DNA of 54,793 nt, filler included, from Jimgerdemannia flammicorona (GCA_003990765.1; 2 parts of 2 records of this genome joined end to end with filler, not necessarily neighbours in it); one strand, 5' to 3'. Shown: positions 1 to 11,460, numbered from the whole stretch's first letter. Program-made: numbers and translations. Notes: a model not told the origin generated them from the letters alone.

Positions 1-3000
1 CCTATCTCCATACCCTAATCTAAACTCCATATCTCAACCTGACTCTGTCTCACATACTCTCTACCACACTCTCCTGAAAAAGACCACTTGGTTATTAACC
101 ATCACCACCTGCCCACTACTCTGTTCAGAGATCTCTTCTACCAGATAGTGATGGTATATATCCTGGAGACTCTATCCAACCCACCACCCTGTCATCAAAT
201 CTCCCATCAACTCCTCTCATCTGAACAACCTCTTCTGTAAACCCAGCTGTTACCCCTCCTCAAAAACAAAGAGCCAATGTCCAGCTAGCCCACCCATATA
301 TCTAAAACCTACCCTACAGTGAGCCATTTATTGCCCACACCACAACCTAGATTTCAAATCTTCCCAGCGACCCCTCTCTCCATCTGGTCACCTCTTCATA
401 CTTAGCCAGTCTCCTATTGCTATTCAAAAGTCTCCCAGAACCTTACACTCTCCTAGCCAATGTTCTGATATATGTACAGATCTCCCAACTTATCCTATAT
501 TGTAACACTCCTTATATTCTATTTGTCCACCATCTACTAGATATTCAGTATGGAAATTCAACATGATATTCCTCTACAGTATCTGCCACCATACTACTCA
601 GAACTTGGGAGGAATCCACCTCTGTACCTCAGCACTCTATGACCAGACTCCTGCCTAGTCCCACTCCTTACCAATTCTCACTGCCTGCCAACTACTTGGC
701 CAAAGATCCTGACCAAGTCCCCTCTGACACTCTACTCCATTACTAATATCAAACTTAGTAAGTGAAGTGCCCCCCAAAAGCAGTCTGTCCTATCTCATAG
801 CTGGTCCCCATAGTCTCTCCCCCCCATTGCTATACCAGCACAGGTCTATGCAGTATGCTCCATCTACCATCCTCCACTAGAAGTCTTTATATTATAGCCA
901 TTGGCTCCCACTCAGATCTACCAGAGATAGCAAATCTCCTGAGGACCCTTGTGGGGCAAATCTCCTCTCCCACACCTTCTGCATCAGTGGCACCCATCCT
1001 CCTCCCTACAGCTCAACAGTCCATTTCAACCACTAAACTCTCAGATAGTAAAGCCTCTTAGGAAAATCCACCAGTTCTAGCCCTCTATAAACTACCAGCA
1101 TTGCAAGGGTATCCCAACTAATCTGGGACTACCTCTCTGCCCAAATCCAATCTCTAGTCAGTTTCATCAGTCTCTTCACTAACCAAGTTAGAAAATCTAA
1201 GTAATAAGTAATATACCATAGCTTGGAGAACCAGTAGATATTCAGAATTGATACCTGACCCACCAGGGAGATATAGTGATCTCCCCAATCTCTAAGAGCC
1301 TCCCCCCAGATGGTCACCCTCCTCTCCCACCATATCTATGACAAGACAGATCCATATACCAAAAGGAAGATACTGAAATACTGTACTACCTCTCTTGCAG
1401 AGACAATTATTCCAATGATATCCTCTCTCACTAGTTCATTTTCTAGCACTATTGTCTCACACTTATGCCAGTTGAGTTTTGCTCCAGAGTGTGCCTCATA
1501 TGTACCATTCCACCATCTTCTTAAGAGTCTCAACATCTGCTACTAATCTAAGTCCAACTACCATATCATCTGCAAAGGCCCCATCTTCCACACTACACTA
1601 TAGATAGAGAGCTCTGCTATCTTCTGTTGAATCCTATCCAACAAAGGTTCTAATGAAAGGGCATATAGAATAGAGAACAGTGGATCTCCCTGAGGAACTC
1701 CTCTCCCTAAGGGAAATGTCAGATCCTGGTGACCATTATACATCAGTACTGCCCTACTGCTCTCCAACAGATTCAACATAGAAGCTTGAAATCATGGGGA
1801 AACACAAATTCTATCCAGCACCTTCCCCAGCCACACCTGCCAAATATGGTCATAGGCCTTCTCCTGGTCCAAAAAGACCAGTCTCCTATCCAATCCACTA
1901 GCCTGTGCCCCTTCAATGATTTTATGGACCCAGGTCATCCTATCTCTGATAAGTCTACCTCCAACAAAGTTCCACTTCTATTCAGAAGAACAAGGTCACA
2001 GAGGGCTGCCATCTCTTCTAAAACTTCAGAGACCTTCACCATCCTCTTCCAAAAGTCTCAAGATAACTCATCTTCTCCTGGAGCTATCAAGCTTTTTTGC
2101 TACAAGGACTCTCTGGATCTCCTCTTATTGGACTGGTATATAAAATATCCCAGGCCCTCTACTTGTGGCAGTTCCCAATCCTCCAGCATGTCTCCAATTG
2201 CTCCTTCATCAGCACCCCCTTCCTACTCACTCCACAGACCCCTCCACTGCTCCTTCAGTAATCCCAACATCTGTTGTGTACCATGTACTATTTCCCCCTC
2301 TGCATCAAGGACTCCTTCTCATCGATGTCACACCCTTCTAGCCTGGAGGAGTCTTGATAAGTATCTAGTAGGCCTCTCTCTCTCCTCAAGCCTCTGCTAT
2401 CTCTGTCTAGCAGCCATTCCTTTTATATGCATCTCCTCCTCCTCCCTCAGCACCTGTTCTCCAATTGTCCATCTCTCCAGAATTTATCAAATCTGCCCAT
2501 TCTATCTATAATCTAACCAACCTATTGGAAGCATACCTTACTCTTTTCCTTTACTATCTCCCAGCATCTCTACCAGCCCCTCCCCAGTAAACTCTCACAG
2601 CCTCTTTCAACTTTATCCATCTGACACCCACTGGTAAACTCTCATGTATCCAGCTAGCAATCTTCACTTGGATGTCTTTTATCCATGGGTCCCATAATAT
2701 CTTCTCAGCTAGTAGAGAGGAGTTAATATATCAATGTCTGGGTCCATCTCCACTCCTCCCAAACTGTCCCTGCCCTAATAGTTCCCAGTGGTCTGACCAC
2801 AGGCACCACTCTACCTTCAGAGTCTTCCAAATATCTATGTCTTAGCATTCAGCTGTCAGGATCCAGTCAATTCTTGTACCTAGTCCATTCACTCAGTGTA
2901 TGTAGATCCTCTTCTCTCTCTATCATATTCTGCCTATATCCCCTAAGAAGCTAAGGTTCTCTACCTCTTTCCATGAATCCAGGCCACCACTCCTTCCACC

Positions 3001-3320
3001 AGTACTCCTCCCTCTATCAGTTCTATCTAACTGAGGATTCTACACCATATTGAAGTCTCTTCTCAGAACATCTATCCCCTACTCTAAGAGAGTGCCCTCT
3101 TCTAAAAGACTCTTAATCTATGTAATCAGCTCACTCCTAGATGCCAGACAGTAGTAAGAGCCAACTCTCACTGGCTCCCACTCAGGTAAATACCATTCCC
3201 CCCATACCAAACAGTCTCCCCAGCTCCTGATTCTACCTAAATCTCCTTTACCACTCTACATCAAAATTGCTACTTTATCAGTCTATACTATAGCTCCTCT
3301 CCATTCTCTAGTCTATGGAG
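1..3320 (-). mobile_element. L1/Tx1-clade LINE (family A), degenerate ORF2: endonuclease C-terminal part, RT and C-terminal zinc finger; 3' end lies outside the window
   Basis: Minus-strand motifs GRGVPQGDPLFSILYALSLEPLL (1558-1779), FADDM (~1562-1576), FLDQEKAYD (~1850-1877), GAKLNW, LNIYWFSKLWY, WSDHW (~2790) and GDFN-like (~3050). Collinear with the plus-strand LINEs later in the window; many stop codons. Confidence 0.93.
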
Positions 3321-3821
3321 GTGGAGGAAGAAGGCCCAGCTGGAGCCAAGGGAGTGAACCCAGAGCCAGTGTCAAAGTGAACGGAAGATATGTGGAAAGG
3401 CATATATAAGGGGAATGAACAAAGAATGTAACTGAAAATGCATCAGCCATTTATTGCCATATAAAAATATGGTCCTTATATACAAATACAATGTCCCAAA
3501 AGGGAGGACATGCCACAACTCGGGGCAAACCAAATTAGGAACCACATGACCGCTGGAGATAGGCGGAGATAAAGTGGGAGCCAATCCCAGTTACAGGATA
3601 AAAATTACAAACAAACACAAACAAAACAAATCCAAATCAAGATTAAAAAACATCCACAGACCCCAGAGGGGTGAGTGTGAGTGAGGGGTGAGGCCAAAAT
3701 AGAGCGAGCTGCAGCAAGCCTGAGCGAAGCAGGGGGCCAAAGGCAGTAGAGGGGAGCAGAGTAAGGCTGAGACCCCAGAGCGAGCGCGAGACCCTAGAGG
3801 GGGCAAGGATGTTTTTTAATC
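3321..3821 (-). repeat. 3' pseudo-LTR of left PLE
   Basis: Direct repeat of 6979-7480; contains the 15-bp inverted repeat pair 3641-3655 / 3807-3821. Confidence 0.93.
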
Positions 3822-5899
3822 CTCTCCAGCAGAGCCGGAGGCACCAGAAGGTGATGAAAACACAAAACAAGAGTGATGGATTAAAGAAGAAACAGAAGGA
3901 AGTTGCAAATAAGCAATCAGAGGGCATCAGGAAAGAGATGAAAGTCCATAGTGAGAAAGAGAAGAGTGCAAGACAGTATCAGGGTGTTGAGCAACCCAGT
4001 GAGCACGATCAAATGGTATGACAAGAATCAGGGGTGGGAAAGAAGAGGGGGTATGGAGAGAGTAAGGGGGGAGAGAGGGGAGGAAGGGGGGGTAAAGAGG
4101 AGAGAGTAGGGAAGAGTGAACAACAGACCATTCAATAGAAGCAAGCAGATCGTGAATGATAGAAATAGGGTATGTATGATGATGGACCACAAAGTTGCCA
4201 AGAACCCGAACAGCACACACCCAATCAGAATGACAGGAGCAGCATAATGCAAGACAACGAGCCTCACTATGAACACATTCAAGAAGAGTGCAATGAGGAT
4301 GATTGGACAAGAAGTCAGGAAACTGTTGAGAATGAGGAAAACGGGAATAAACAATAGTTCAAAAAGGAGAAAGAGAAATGGAAAGGTCCAAAAAGGGAAT
4401 ACTAGTCATACCGCACACCTAAGTAATAGAATGGTGGGGAGGGTAGATACCCAGGAACATACTAGAGATATTAATACCAGTAACAGCAAGACAATAAAGT
4501 CATCAATATATTGGCGAAAGAAGATATCCCCAGCCCAGAATGCAATGGAAAGAGGTGAAGAAACATCATGTAACACATGCAATTCATGGGTCAGGCCAAC
4601 AAGGTTGGCAAGAGTGGGGGCACAATTTGTACCTATGGCAATACCAGAAGTCTGGTGAAAGGAGCCAAGAACTGACTCAAAATAATTCAAGCTGCAGACG
4701 AGGAGCATAAGCTCAACAATGGAAGCCAGCGAACCTGGGGAATCCAAAGGAAAAACAATGGAACCCAAGAAGTGAAGGCAATCATCAATCTCATCAAAAC
4801 GAATAGCAGTATAAAAGGAGGAAAAGTCACCAGAGGCCAAATGGGAAAAATGGTGAACAGGCACAATGGTGGAGCATAGAAGGGCAAGCTCCTGAGTATC
4901 ATGAAGAATAGTATACTCAGGCCCAAGACAATGTTGTAAGAGAGCCATCCAGGAGAGAAAGAAGTGAGATAACTACTTCAAAATCTCAGTGGTAGAAGAA
5001 CTATAAGCAGCCATAATGAGATGCCAAGCCAAAATAGGCTTGTGAACTTTAGGAAGAGCATAAAAAACTAGAAGAGAAATATCCGGAGAGGACAAAGAGT
5101 CCTGGCAGAAGTTAAAAATGGGGTTCATAAATAGGGAGTCCAAAAGCAATCTGGCACGAGCCAGAGAAACCCAAAGAAGAGTGAGAATCTCATCCAATCC
5201 AAGAGCACTAGGCTTGTAAGCTGTGGCTCAAAGGAGGGCAGAAAGGCCATCAAGGTAGAGTGACTTAGGAATAAGTGCAAAACCCTGATTCTTATCAGTG
5301 ACTGTAAGCAAATATATAGGCAATTGCTTGACCAATTTAAGCACAGTATGCATGGCATGGTCTGAAACCAAGCAAGAGTGAGCATATCCAGGAACGGACA
5401 GTGAGCAGGCCATGTCGAGGAATACACAGTGTGAAGAGACATTGGGAGGGGGGACCCAATTGCTAGGAACAAAATAACAAGAGGGCATCTCACCACAATC
5501 TTGGAAGAAAATGGCAAGGTCAAGAGCACGACGAAAATGTGTGAGATGAGCCGGATCAGTGAAAGAGAATTGTGAGGGAGTTGCAGGAAAAAAAAAGCGA
5601 GGACCCAAGGATAAGGCAAAGACTTGAAGGGGAGAAAGAGGGCAGTCAGCCGGAGAAAAAAGAGAAGACAAAAGAGCTCCAAGAGAAGAGTAAACCCAAA
5701 AGTTTGGGATAAGCAACTGGGAAAGGCAAAGGGGGGACAATATGAGGAACCACTCAGGGCATACCAGAAGCGATGACAGAATCCGAGAAGGGACAGGGAC
5801 ACTGGGGGAGAACCATGCTGGGGGGAAGTTTAAGAGTGGGAGGCCTTCCCCTTCCCTCTGACTTTTTTTGAAGGTGGCAAGCCCAACGAACAGAAGCAC
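3816..5899 (-). pseudogene. PLE reverse transcriptase, left copy (several stops, frameshift near 4490)
   Basis: ORF pieces 5228-5899, 4973-5197, 4406-4948 and 3927-4310; YIDD catalytic motif intact; ends ...AGED-stop at 3816. True start not determined. Confidence 0.9.
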
Positions 5900-7007
5900 A
5901 CCCCGTCAGAGTGCCAGACCTTGCAGCCACAGGCTTTCATGCAGTCCTTACATTCAGGGGCACAAGTGGAGGAGGTGGAGGAAGAAGAACTGGCAGAGGA
6001 GGCCGAAGGCGAGTGAGCAGCCGAAGGGGCAGCAGCATAAGAAATACCACTGTAAGGACAGACAGACTTGGCCAGGTGCCAGTAGGCATGGTGGAGGCGA
6101 CCGGAGCAGACAGCATAAGGCCAGGCCCTGATAGGGTGAGAACCAAGTTGGCAGCCATGCTTGGGGGCAGGGGGAACAGAGGAGGAAGCCTTGGCAGGGG
6201 AGGGAGACTGGGAAGAGGCTGATGAAGCCTGGTTGGGCTTGGCAGGGGTCTTGGCAGGGGTCTTGGAGGGGGCCTTAGCAGCAGCGGCAGCAAAGGAATG
6301 AACCTCAGCATGAGCAGCAGCGTGAGCTTCAGCACGAATGGCCTCAGAGACCGAAACCTTGGGAGAGGCAGGCAGGGGAGCAGTAGCGGTGGCGTGAGCA
6401 GCAGTGGCAGCATGTGACGTCTCCTGCTCATGAAGGCAAGCAACAAAAGATGTGCTGGCAAGGAGAAATGATACACAGCATCGATGTCAGTGGTGACAGA
6501 AGGAATGTCTTGGATGGCGAAGCCACAGAAGGGAGCAGCATCCAAAAGGCGAAAGGAGGTGAAGGCCATGAAGGCGGCACAGGCATGGTGGAAGGAGGTG
6601 GAAGCAGTAGTGGCAGAAGCAGCAGCAGCATCAGTGGCGGCAAGCTTGGCAGCAGCAGTGGTGGCACGAACCTCTTCAGAGAGGGCTTGGCAGCAGGCCT
6701 CAGGGAAAATGGAGTAGCAGATGGTGGGTGAAGTAATGATGTTGATGTCATGGCGGAGATGAGCCTCCTTGGCAGAGAGGGCAAGAACTGACCGGAACTA
6801 GGAGAGGAGCAGACGACCAGAGGGATGAAGGTCCAAGGGGAGGGAAAGGATGGTGGATGAGATGTATGTCTCAAACAAGACAGTGGCAGTGGTGAAGGTG
6901 GGGGGAGGAGGAGGAGGAAAAGCCCCATCCATGAGCTCGTCGACGAGGACAGAGGCCCCGAGGGCAGGCAGTACAGCAGCAGAGGAAGAAGGCCCAGTGG
7001 GAGCCAA
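5754..7007 (-). pseudogene. PLE ORF1, left copy (disrupted)
   Basis: Mirror of 7773-9026; 6798-7007 translates MAPTGPSSSAAVLPALGAS; 1-nt deletion near 6465 relative to the right copy. Confidence 0.65.
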
Positions 7008-7480
7008 GGGAGTGAACCCAGAGCCAGTGTCAAAGTGAACGAAAGATATGTAGAAAGGTGTGTATAAGGGGGATGAACAAAGAATATAATCAAAAATGCA
7101 TCAGCTGTTTATTGCTACATAAAAACATGGTCCTTATATACAAAATACAACATCCCAAAAGAGAGGATGTGCCACAACTCGGGGCAAACCGAATTAGGAA
7201 CTACATGACCGCCGGAGATAGGCAGAGATAAAGGGGGAGCCAATCTCAGTTGCAGGATAAAAATCACAAATAAACACAAACAAAACAAATCCAAATCAAG
7301 ATTAAAAAACATCTGCAGACCCCAGAGGGGTGAGTGTGAGCGAGGGGTGGGGCCGAAATGGAGTGAGCCCCAGCGAGCCTGAGCAAAGCGAGGGGCTGAA
7401 GGCAGTAGAGGGGAGTGGAGTAAGACCGAGACCCCAGAGTGAGTGTGAGACCCTGGAGGGGGCAAGGATGTTTTTTAATC
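6979..7480 (-). repeat. 5' pseudo-LTR of left PLE, including the palindrome pivot
   Basis: Direct repeat of 3321-3821; inverted repeat at 7300-7313 / 7466-7480. Confidence 0.92.
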
Positions 7481-7772
7481 TCGATTTGGATTTGTTTTGT
7501 ATGTGTTTGTTTGTGATTTTTATCCTGCAACTGGGATTGGCTCCCCCTTTATCTCTGTCTATCTCCGGCGGTCATGTGGTTCCTAATTCGGTTCACCCCA
7601 AGTTGTGGCATGTCCTCCCTTTTGGGACATTGTATTTTGTATATAAGGACTGTATTTTTATGTAGCAATAAATGACTGATGCATTTTCGGTTACATTCTT
7701 TGTTCATCCCCCTTATACATACCTTTCCACATATCTTCCGTTCGCTTTGACACTGGCTCTGGATTCACTCCC

Positions 7773-9026
7773 TTGGCTCCCGCTGGGCCTTCTTCCTCCA
7801 CTGCTGTACCACCTGCCCTCGGGGCCTCCGTCCTCGTCAACAAGCTCATGAATGAGGCTCTTCCTCCTTCTCCTCCCCCCACCTTCATCCCCACCACTGT
7901 CTTGTTCGAGATGTACATCTCATCTACCATCCTTTCCCTCCCCTTGAACCTTCATCCCTCTGGTCATCCACTCCTCTCTCAGTTCCAGTTGGTTCTTGCC
8001 CTCTCTGCCAAGGAGGCTCATCTCCGCTGTGATATTGATGTCATCACTCCGCCCACCATCCACAACTCCATTCTCCCTGAGGCCCGCCACCAAGCCCTCT
8101 CTGAAGAGGTTCATACCACCACTGCCACTGCCAAGCTCGCCACCACTGATGCTGCTGCCGCTTCTGCCACCACCACTTCTGTCTCCTTCTACTGTACCTG
8201 TGCCGCCTTCATGGCCTTTGCCTCCTCTCGCCTTTCAGATGCTGCCCCCTTCTGTGGCTTCGCCATCCAAGACGTTCCTTCTGTTGCTGCCAACATCGAT
8301 GCTGTGCATCATTTTCTCCTTGCTGGCACATCTTTTGTTGCTCACCTTCACGAGCAGGAGATGTCATGTACTGCCGCTGCTGCTTGTGCCACCACCACTG
8401 CTCCCCTGCCTGCCTTCCCTGAGGTTTCGGTCTCTGAGGCCATTCGTGCCGAAGCTTGCACTGCTGCTTGTACTGAGGTTCATTCCTTCACTGCCACCAC
8501 CACCAAGGCCCCCTCTAAGACCCCTGCCAAGACCCCCGCCAAGCCCAACCAGACTTCATTGGCCTCTTCCTGGTCCCCCTCCCCTGCCAAGACTTCCTCC
8601 TCCATTCCCCCTGCCCCCAAGCATGGCCACCAACTTGGTTCTCGCCCTATCAGGGCCTGGCCTTGTGCTGTCAGCTCTGGTCGCCTCCACTGTGCCTACT
8701 GGCACCTGGCCAAGTCTGTCTGTCCTCATAGTGGTATTCCTCACACTGCTGCCCCTTTGGCTGCTCGCTTGCCTTTGGCCTCCTCTGCTAGTTCTTCTTC
8801 CTCTGCCTCCTCCACTCATGTCCCCAAATATAAGGGCTGCACAAAAGCCTGTGGCTGCAAGGTCTGGCACTCTGACGGGTGTGCTCCTATTCATCGGGCT
8901 TGCCACCTTCAAAAAAAGTCAGAGGGAAGGGGAAGGCCTCCCGCTCTTAAACTTCCCCCTGGTGTGGTTCTCCCCCAGTGTCCCCATCCCTTCTTGGATT
9001 CCATTGTCACTTCTGGTGTGCCCTGA
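7773..9026 (+). CDS. PLE ORF1: Ala/Pro/Ser/Thr-rich protein with a C-terminal Cys/His cluster; start codon uncertain
   Basis: 417-codon open frame upstream of RT with CAVSSGRLHCAYWH and CTKACGCKVWH motifs. The C/T-rich strand makes long ORFs likelier by chance, hence moderate confidence. Confidence 0.65.
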   Translation: MAPAGPSSSTAVPPALGASVLVNKLMNEALPPSPPPTFIPTTVLFEMYISSTILSLPLNLHPSGHPLLSQFQLVLALSAKEAHLRCDIDVITPPTIHNSILPEARHQALSEEVHTTTATAKLATTDAAAASATTTSVSFYCTCAAFMAFASSRLSDAAPFCGFAIQDVPSVAANIDAVHHFLLAGTSFVAHLHEQEMSCTAAAACATTTAPLPAFPEVSVSEAIRAEACTAACTEVHSFTATTTKAPSKTPAKTPAKPNQTSLASSWSPSPAKTSSSIPPAPKHGHQLGSRPIRAWPCAVSSGRLHCAYWHLAKSVCPHSGIPHTAAPLAARLPLASSASSSSSASSTHVPKYKGCTKACGCKVWHSDGCAPIHRACHLQKKSEGRGRPPALKLPPGVVLPQCPHPFLDSIVTSGVP

Positions 9027-10964
9027 GTGATTCCTCATATTGTCCCCCCTTCACCTTTCCCAGGTGCTTGTCCCGAACTTTCAGGTTTACTCTTCTCTTG
9101 GAGCTCTTTTGTCTCCTCCTTTTTCTCTGGCTGACTGCCCTCTTTCTCCCCTTCAAGTCTTTGCCTTATCCTTGGGTCCTTGCTTCGTTTTTCCTGTGAC
9201 TCCCTCACAATTCTCTTTCACTGATCTGGCTCATCTCACACATTTTCGTTGTACTCTTGACCTTGCTATTTTCTTCCAAGATTGTGGTGAGATACCCTCT
9301 TGCTATTTTGTTCCTAGTAATTGGGTCCCCCCTCCCAATGTCTCTTCACACTACATATTCCTTGACATGGCCTGCTTGCTATCCATTCCTGGATGTGCTC
9401 ACTCTTGCTTGGTTTCAGACTATGCCATGTATACCATGCTTAAATCAGTCAAGCAATTACCTATACATTTGCTCACAGTCACTGATAAGAATCAGGGTTT
9501 TGTACTTATTCCTAAGTCACTCTACCTTGAGGCCTTTCTGCCCTCCTTCGAGCCATGGCTTACGAGCCCAGTGCTCTTGGATTGGATGAGATTCTCACTC
9601 TTCTTTGGGTTTCTCTGGCTTGCACCAGATCACTTTCAGACTCCCCATTCATGAACTCCATTTTTAACTTCTTCCAGGACTCTTTGTCCTCCTCGGATAT
9701 TTCTCTTCTGGTTTTTTATGCTCTTCCTAAAGTTCACAAGCCTATTTTGGCTTAGCATCCCATTACGGCTGCTTACAGTTCTCCTACCACTGAGATTTTG
9801 AAGTAGTTATCCCACTTCTTTCTCTCCTGGATGGCTCTCTTATAACACCGTCTTGGGCCTGAGTATACTATTCTTCATGATACTCAGGAGCTTGCCCTTC
9901 TATGCTCCACCATTGTGCCTGTTCACTGTTTTTCCCATTTGACTTCTGGTGACTTCTCCTCCTTTTATACTGCTATTCATTTTGATGAGATCGATGATTG
10001 CCTTCACTTCTTGGGTTCCATTGTTTTTCCTTTGGATTCCCCAGTTTCGCTGGCTTCTATTGTTGAGCTTATGCTCCTCATCTGCAGCTTGAATTATTTT
10101 AAGTCAGCCCTTGGCTCCTTTCACCAGACTTCTGGTATTGCCATAGGTACGAATTGTGCCCCCACCCTTGCCAACCTCATTGGCCTGGCCCATGAATTGC
10201 GCACATTATGTAATGTTTCTTCACCTCTTTCCATTATGTTCTGGGCTGGGGATATCTTCTTTTGCCAATAAATTAATGACTTTATTGTCTTCGCTGTTGC
10301 TGGTATTGATATTTCTAGTATGTTCCTAAGCATCTACCCTCCCCACCATTCTATTACTTGGGTGTGCAGTATGACTAGTATTCCCTTTTTGGACCTTTCC
10401 AATTCTCTTTCTCCTTTTCGAACTATTGTTTATTCCCATTTTCCTCATTCCCAACAGTTCCCTGACTTCTTGTCCAATCATCCTCGTCGCACTCTTCTTT
10501 AATATATTCATGGTGAGGCTTGTTGTCTTGCATTATGCTGCTCCCATCATTCTGATTGGGTGTGTGCTGTTCAGGTTCTTGACAACTTTGTGATCCATCA
10601 TCATGCCTACCCTATTTCTATTATTCATGATCTGCTTGCTTCTATTGAATGGTCTGTTGTTCGCTCTTCCCTACTCTCTCCTCTTTACCCCCCCTCTCTT
10701 CCCTCTCTCCCCCCTTACCCTCTCCATACCCCCTCTTCTTTCCCACCCCTGATTCTTGTTGTACCATTCGATCATACTCGCTGGGTTGCTCAATGCCCTG
10801 ATACTGTCCTGTGCTCTTCTCTTTCTTACCATAGACTTTCATCTCTTTCGTGATGCCCCCTGATTGCTCATTCATGTCTTCCTTCTGTTTCTTCTTTAAT
10901 CCATCACTCTCGTTTTGTGTTTTCATCACCTTCTAGTGCCTCCGGCTCTGCTGGAGAGGATTAA
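8880..10964 (+). pseudogene. PLE reverse transcriptase, right copy (stops, frameshift near 9530)
   Basis: ORF pieces 9040-9654, 9555-9755, 9915-10271, 10320-10502 and 10560-10853; read-through ends PLIAHSCLPSVSSLIHHS...AGED with TAA at 10962-10964. Start is approximate. Confidence 0.9.
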
Positions 10965-11460
10965 AAAACATCCTTGCCCCCTCCAGGGTCTCGCACTCGC
11001 TCCGGGGTCTCAGCCTTACTCCACTCCCCTCTGCTGCCTTCAGCCCCTTGCTTTGCTCGGGCTCGCTGCAGCTTGCTCCATTTTGGCCTCACCCCTCACT
11101 TACGCTCACCCCTCCAGGGTCTGTGGATGTTTTTTAATCTCAATTTGGATTTGTTTTGTTTGTGTTTGTTTGTGATTTTTATCCTGCAACTGGGATTGGC
11201 TCCCCCTTTATCTCCACCCATCTCTAGCAGTCATGTGGTTCCTAATTCAGTTCACCCCAAGTTGTGGCACATCCTCCCTTTTGGAACGTCATATTTTGTA
11301 TATAAGAACTGCATTTTTACATGGCAATAAATAGCTGATGCATTTTCGGTTACATTCTTTGTTCTTCTCCCTTATACACACCTTTCCACATATCTTCCAT
11401 TCACTTTGACACTGGCTCTGGGTTCACTCCCTTAGCTCCCACTGGGCCTTCTTCCTCTGC
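10959..11460 (+). repeat. 3' pseudo-LTR of right PLE
   Basis: Reverse complement of 3321-3821; inverted repeat GATTAAAAAACATCC at 10959-10973 / 11125-11139; TATAAG ~11301 and AATAAA ~11326. Confidence 0.93.

Larger units (their letters stand above)
3321..7480 (-). mobile_element. Penelope-like element, left copy (pLTR-ORF1-RT-pLTR), no GIY-YIG endonuclease
   Basis: RT motifs LSLGPRF, TDKNQG, FYALPKVHK, QTSGIAIGTNCAPTLANL, RQYIDDF and SNHP; ~500-bp direct terminal repeats at 3321-3821 and 6979-7480. Confidence 0.92.
3321..11460. repeat. 8.1-kb inverted duplication: two PLE copies head-to-head around a ~152-bp non-mirrored spacer (7314-7465)
   Basis: 3321-7313 is the reverse complement of 7467-11460 throughout, with mostly transition differences. 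Both outer ends stop at the same element sequence, CTTCTTCCTC(C/T)(A/G)C. Confidence 0.97.
7466..11460 (+). mobile_element. Penelope-like element, right copy (short 5' pLTR-ORF1-RT-full pLTR), no GIY-YIG endonuclease
   Basis: Same RT motifs as the left copy (FYALPKVHK ~9715, QTSGIAIGTNCAPTLANL ~10125, IPFLDL ~10380, SNHPRRT ~10472); 7466-7801 is repeated at 11125-11460. Confidence 0.92.

Noticed and set aside
1729..2511. 260-aa plus-strand ORF and similar Ser/Pro-rich antisense ORFs (32945-33532, 35495-36196, 42602-43264)
   Set aside because: Shadow frames opposite G/A-rich LINE coding strands, with no protein motifs.
3770..3795. GAGCGAGCGCGAG resembling a parvoviral Rep-binding site
   Set aside because: Short low-complexity match with no Rep/HUH gene nearby; recorded only as part of the pLTR module.
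6219..6245. Hammerhead-like CTGATGA-AGCC...GGCT, and CTGAAGA at 8101
   Set aside because: No GAAA after the stem; the first is antisense and not conserved in the other arm; neither lies in the pLTR.
8910..8918. A-AAA-AAG -1 slippery site near the end of PLE ORF1
   Set aside because: A -1 shift enters the non-RT frame; reaching the RT frame needs +1.
3321..11460. DIRS/tyrosine-recombinase element, or an assembly artefact, as the source of the inverted structure
   Set aside because: RT motifs are PLE-type with no RNase H or recombinase seen; the arms carry many independent substitutions and indels, which an artefactual read inversion would not produce.
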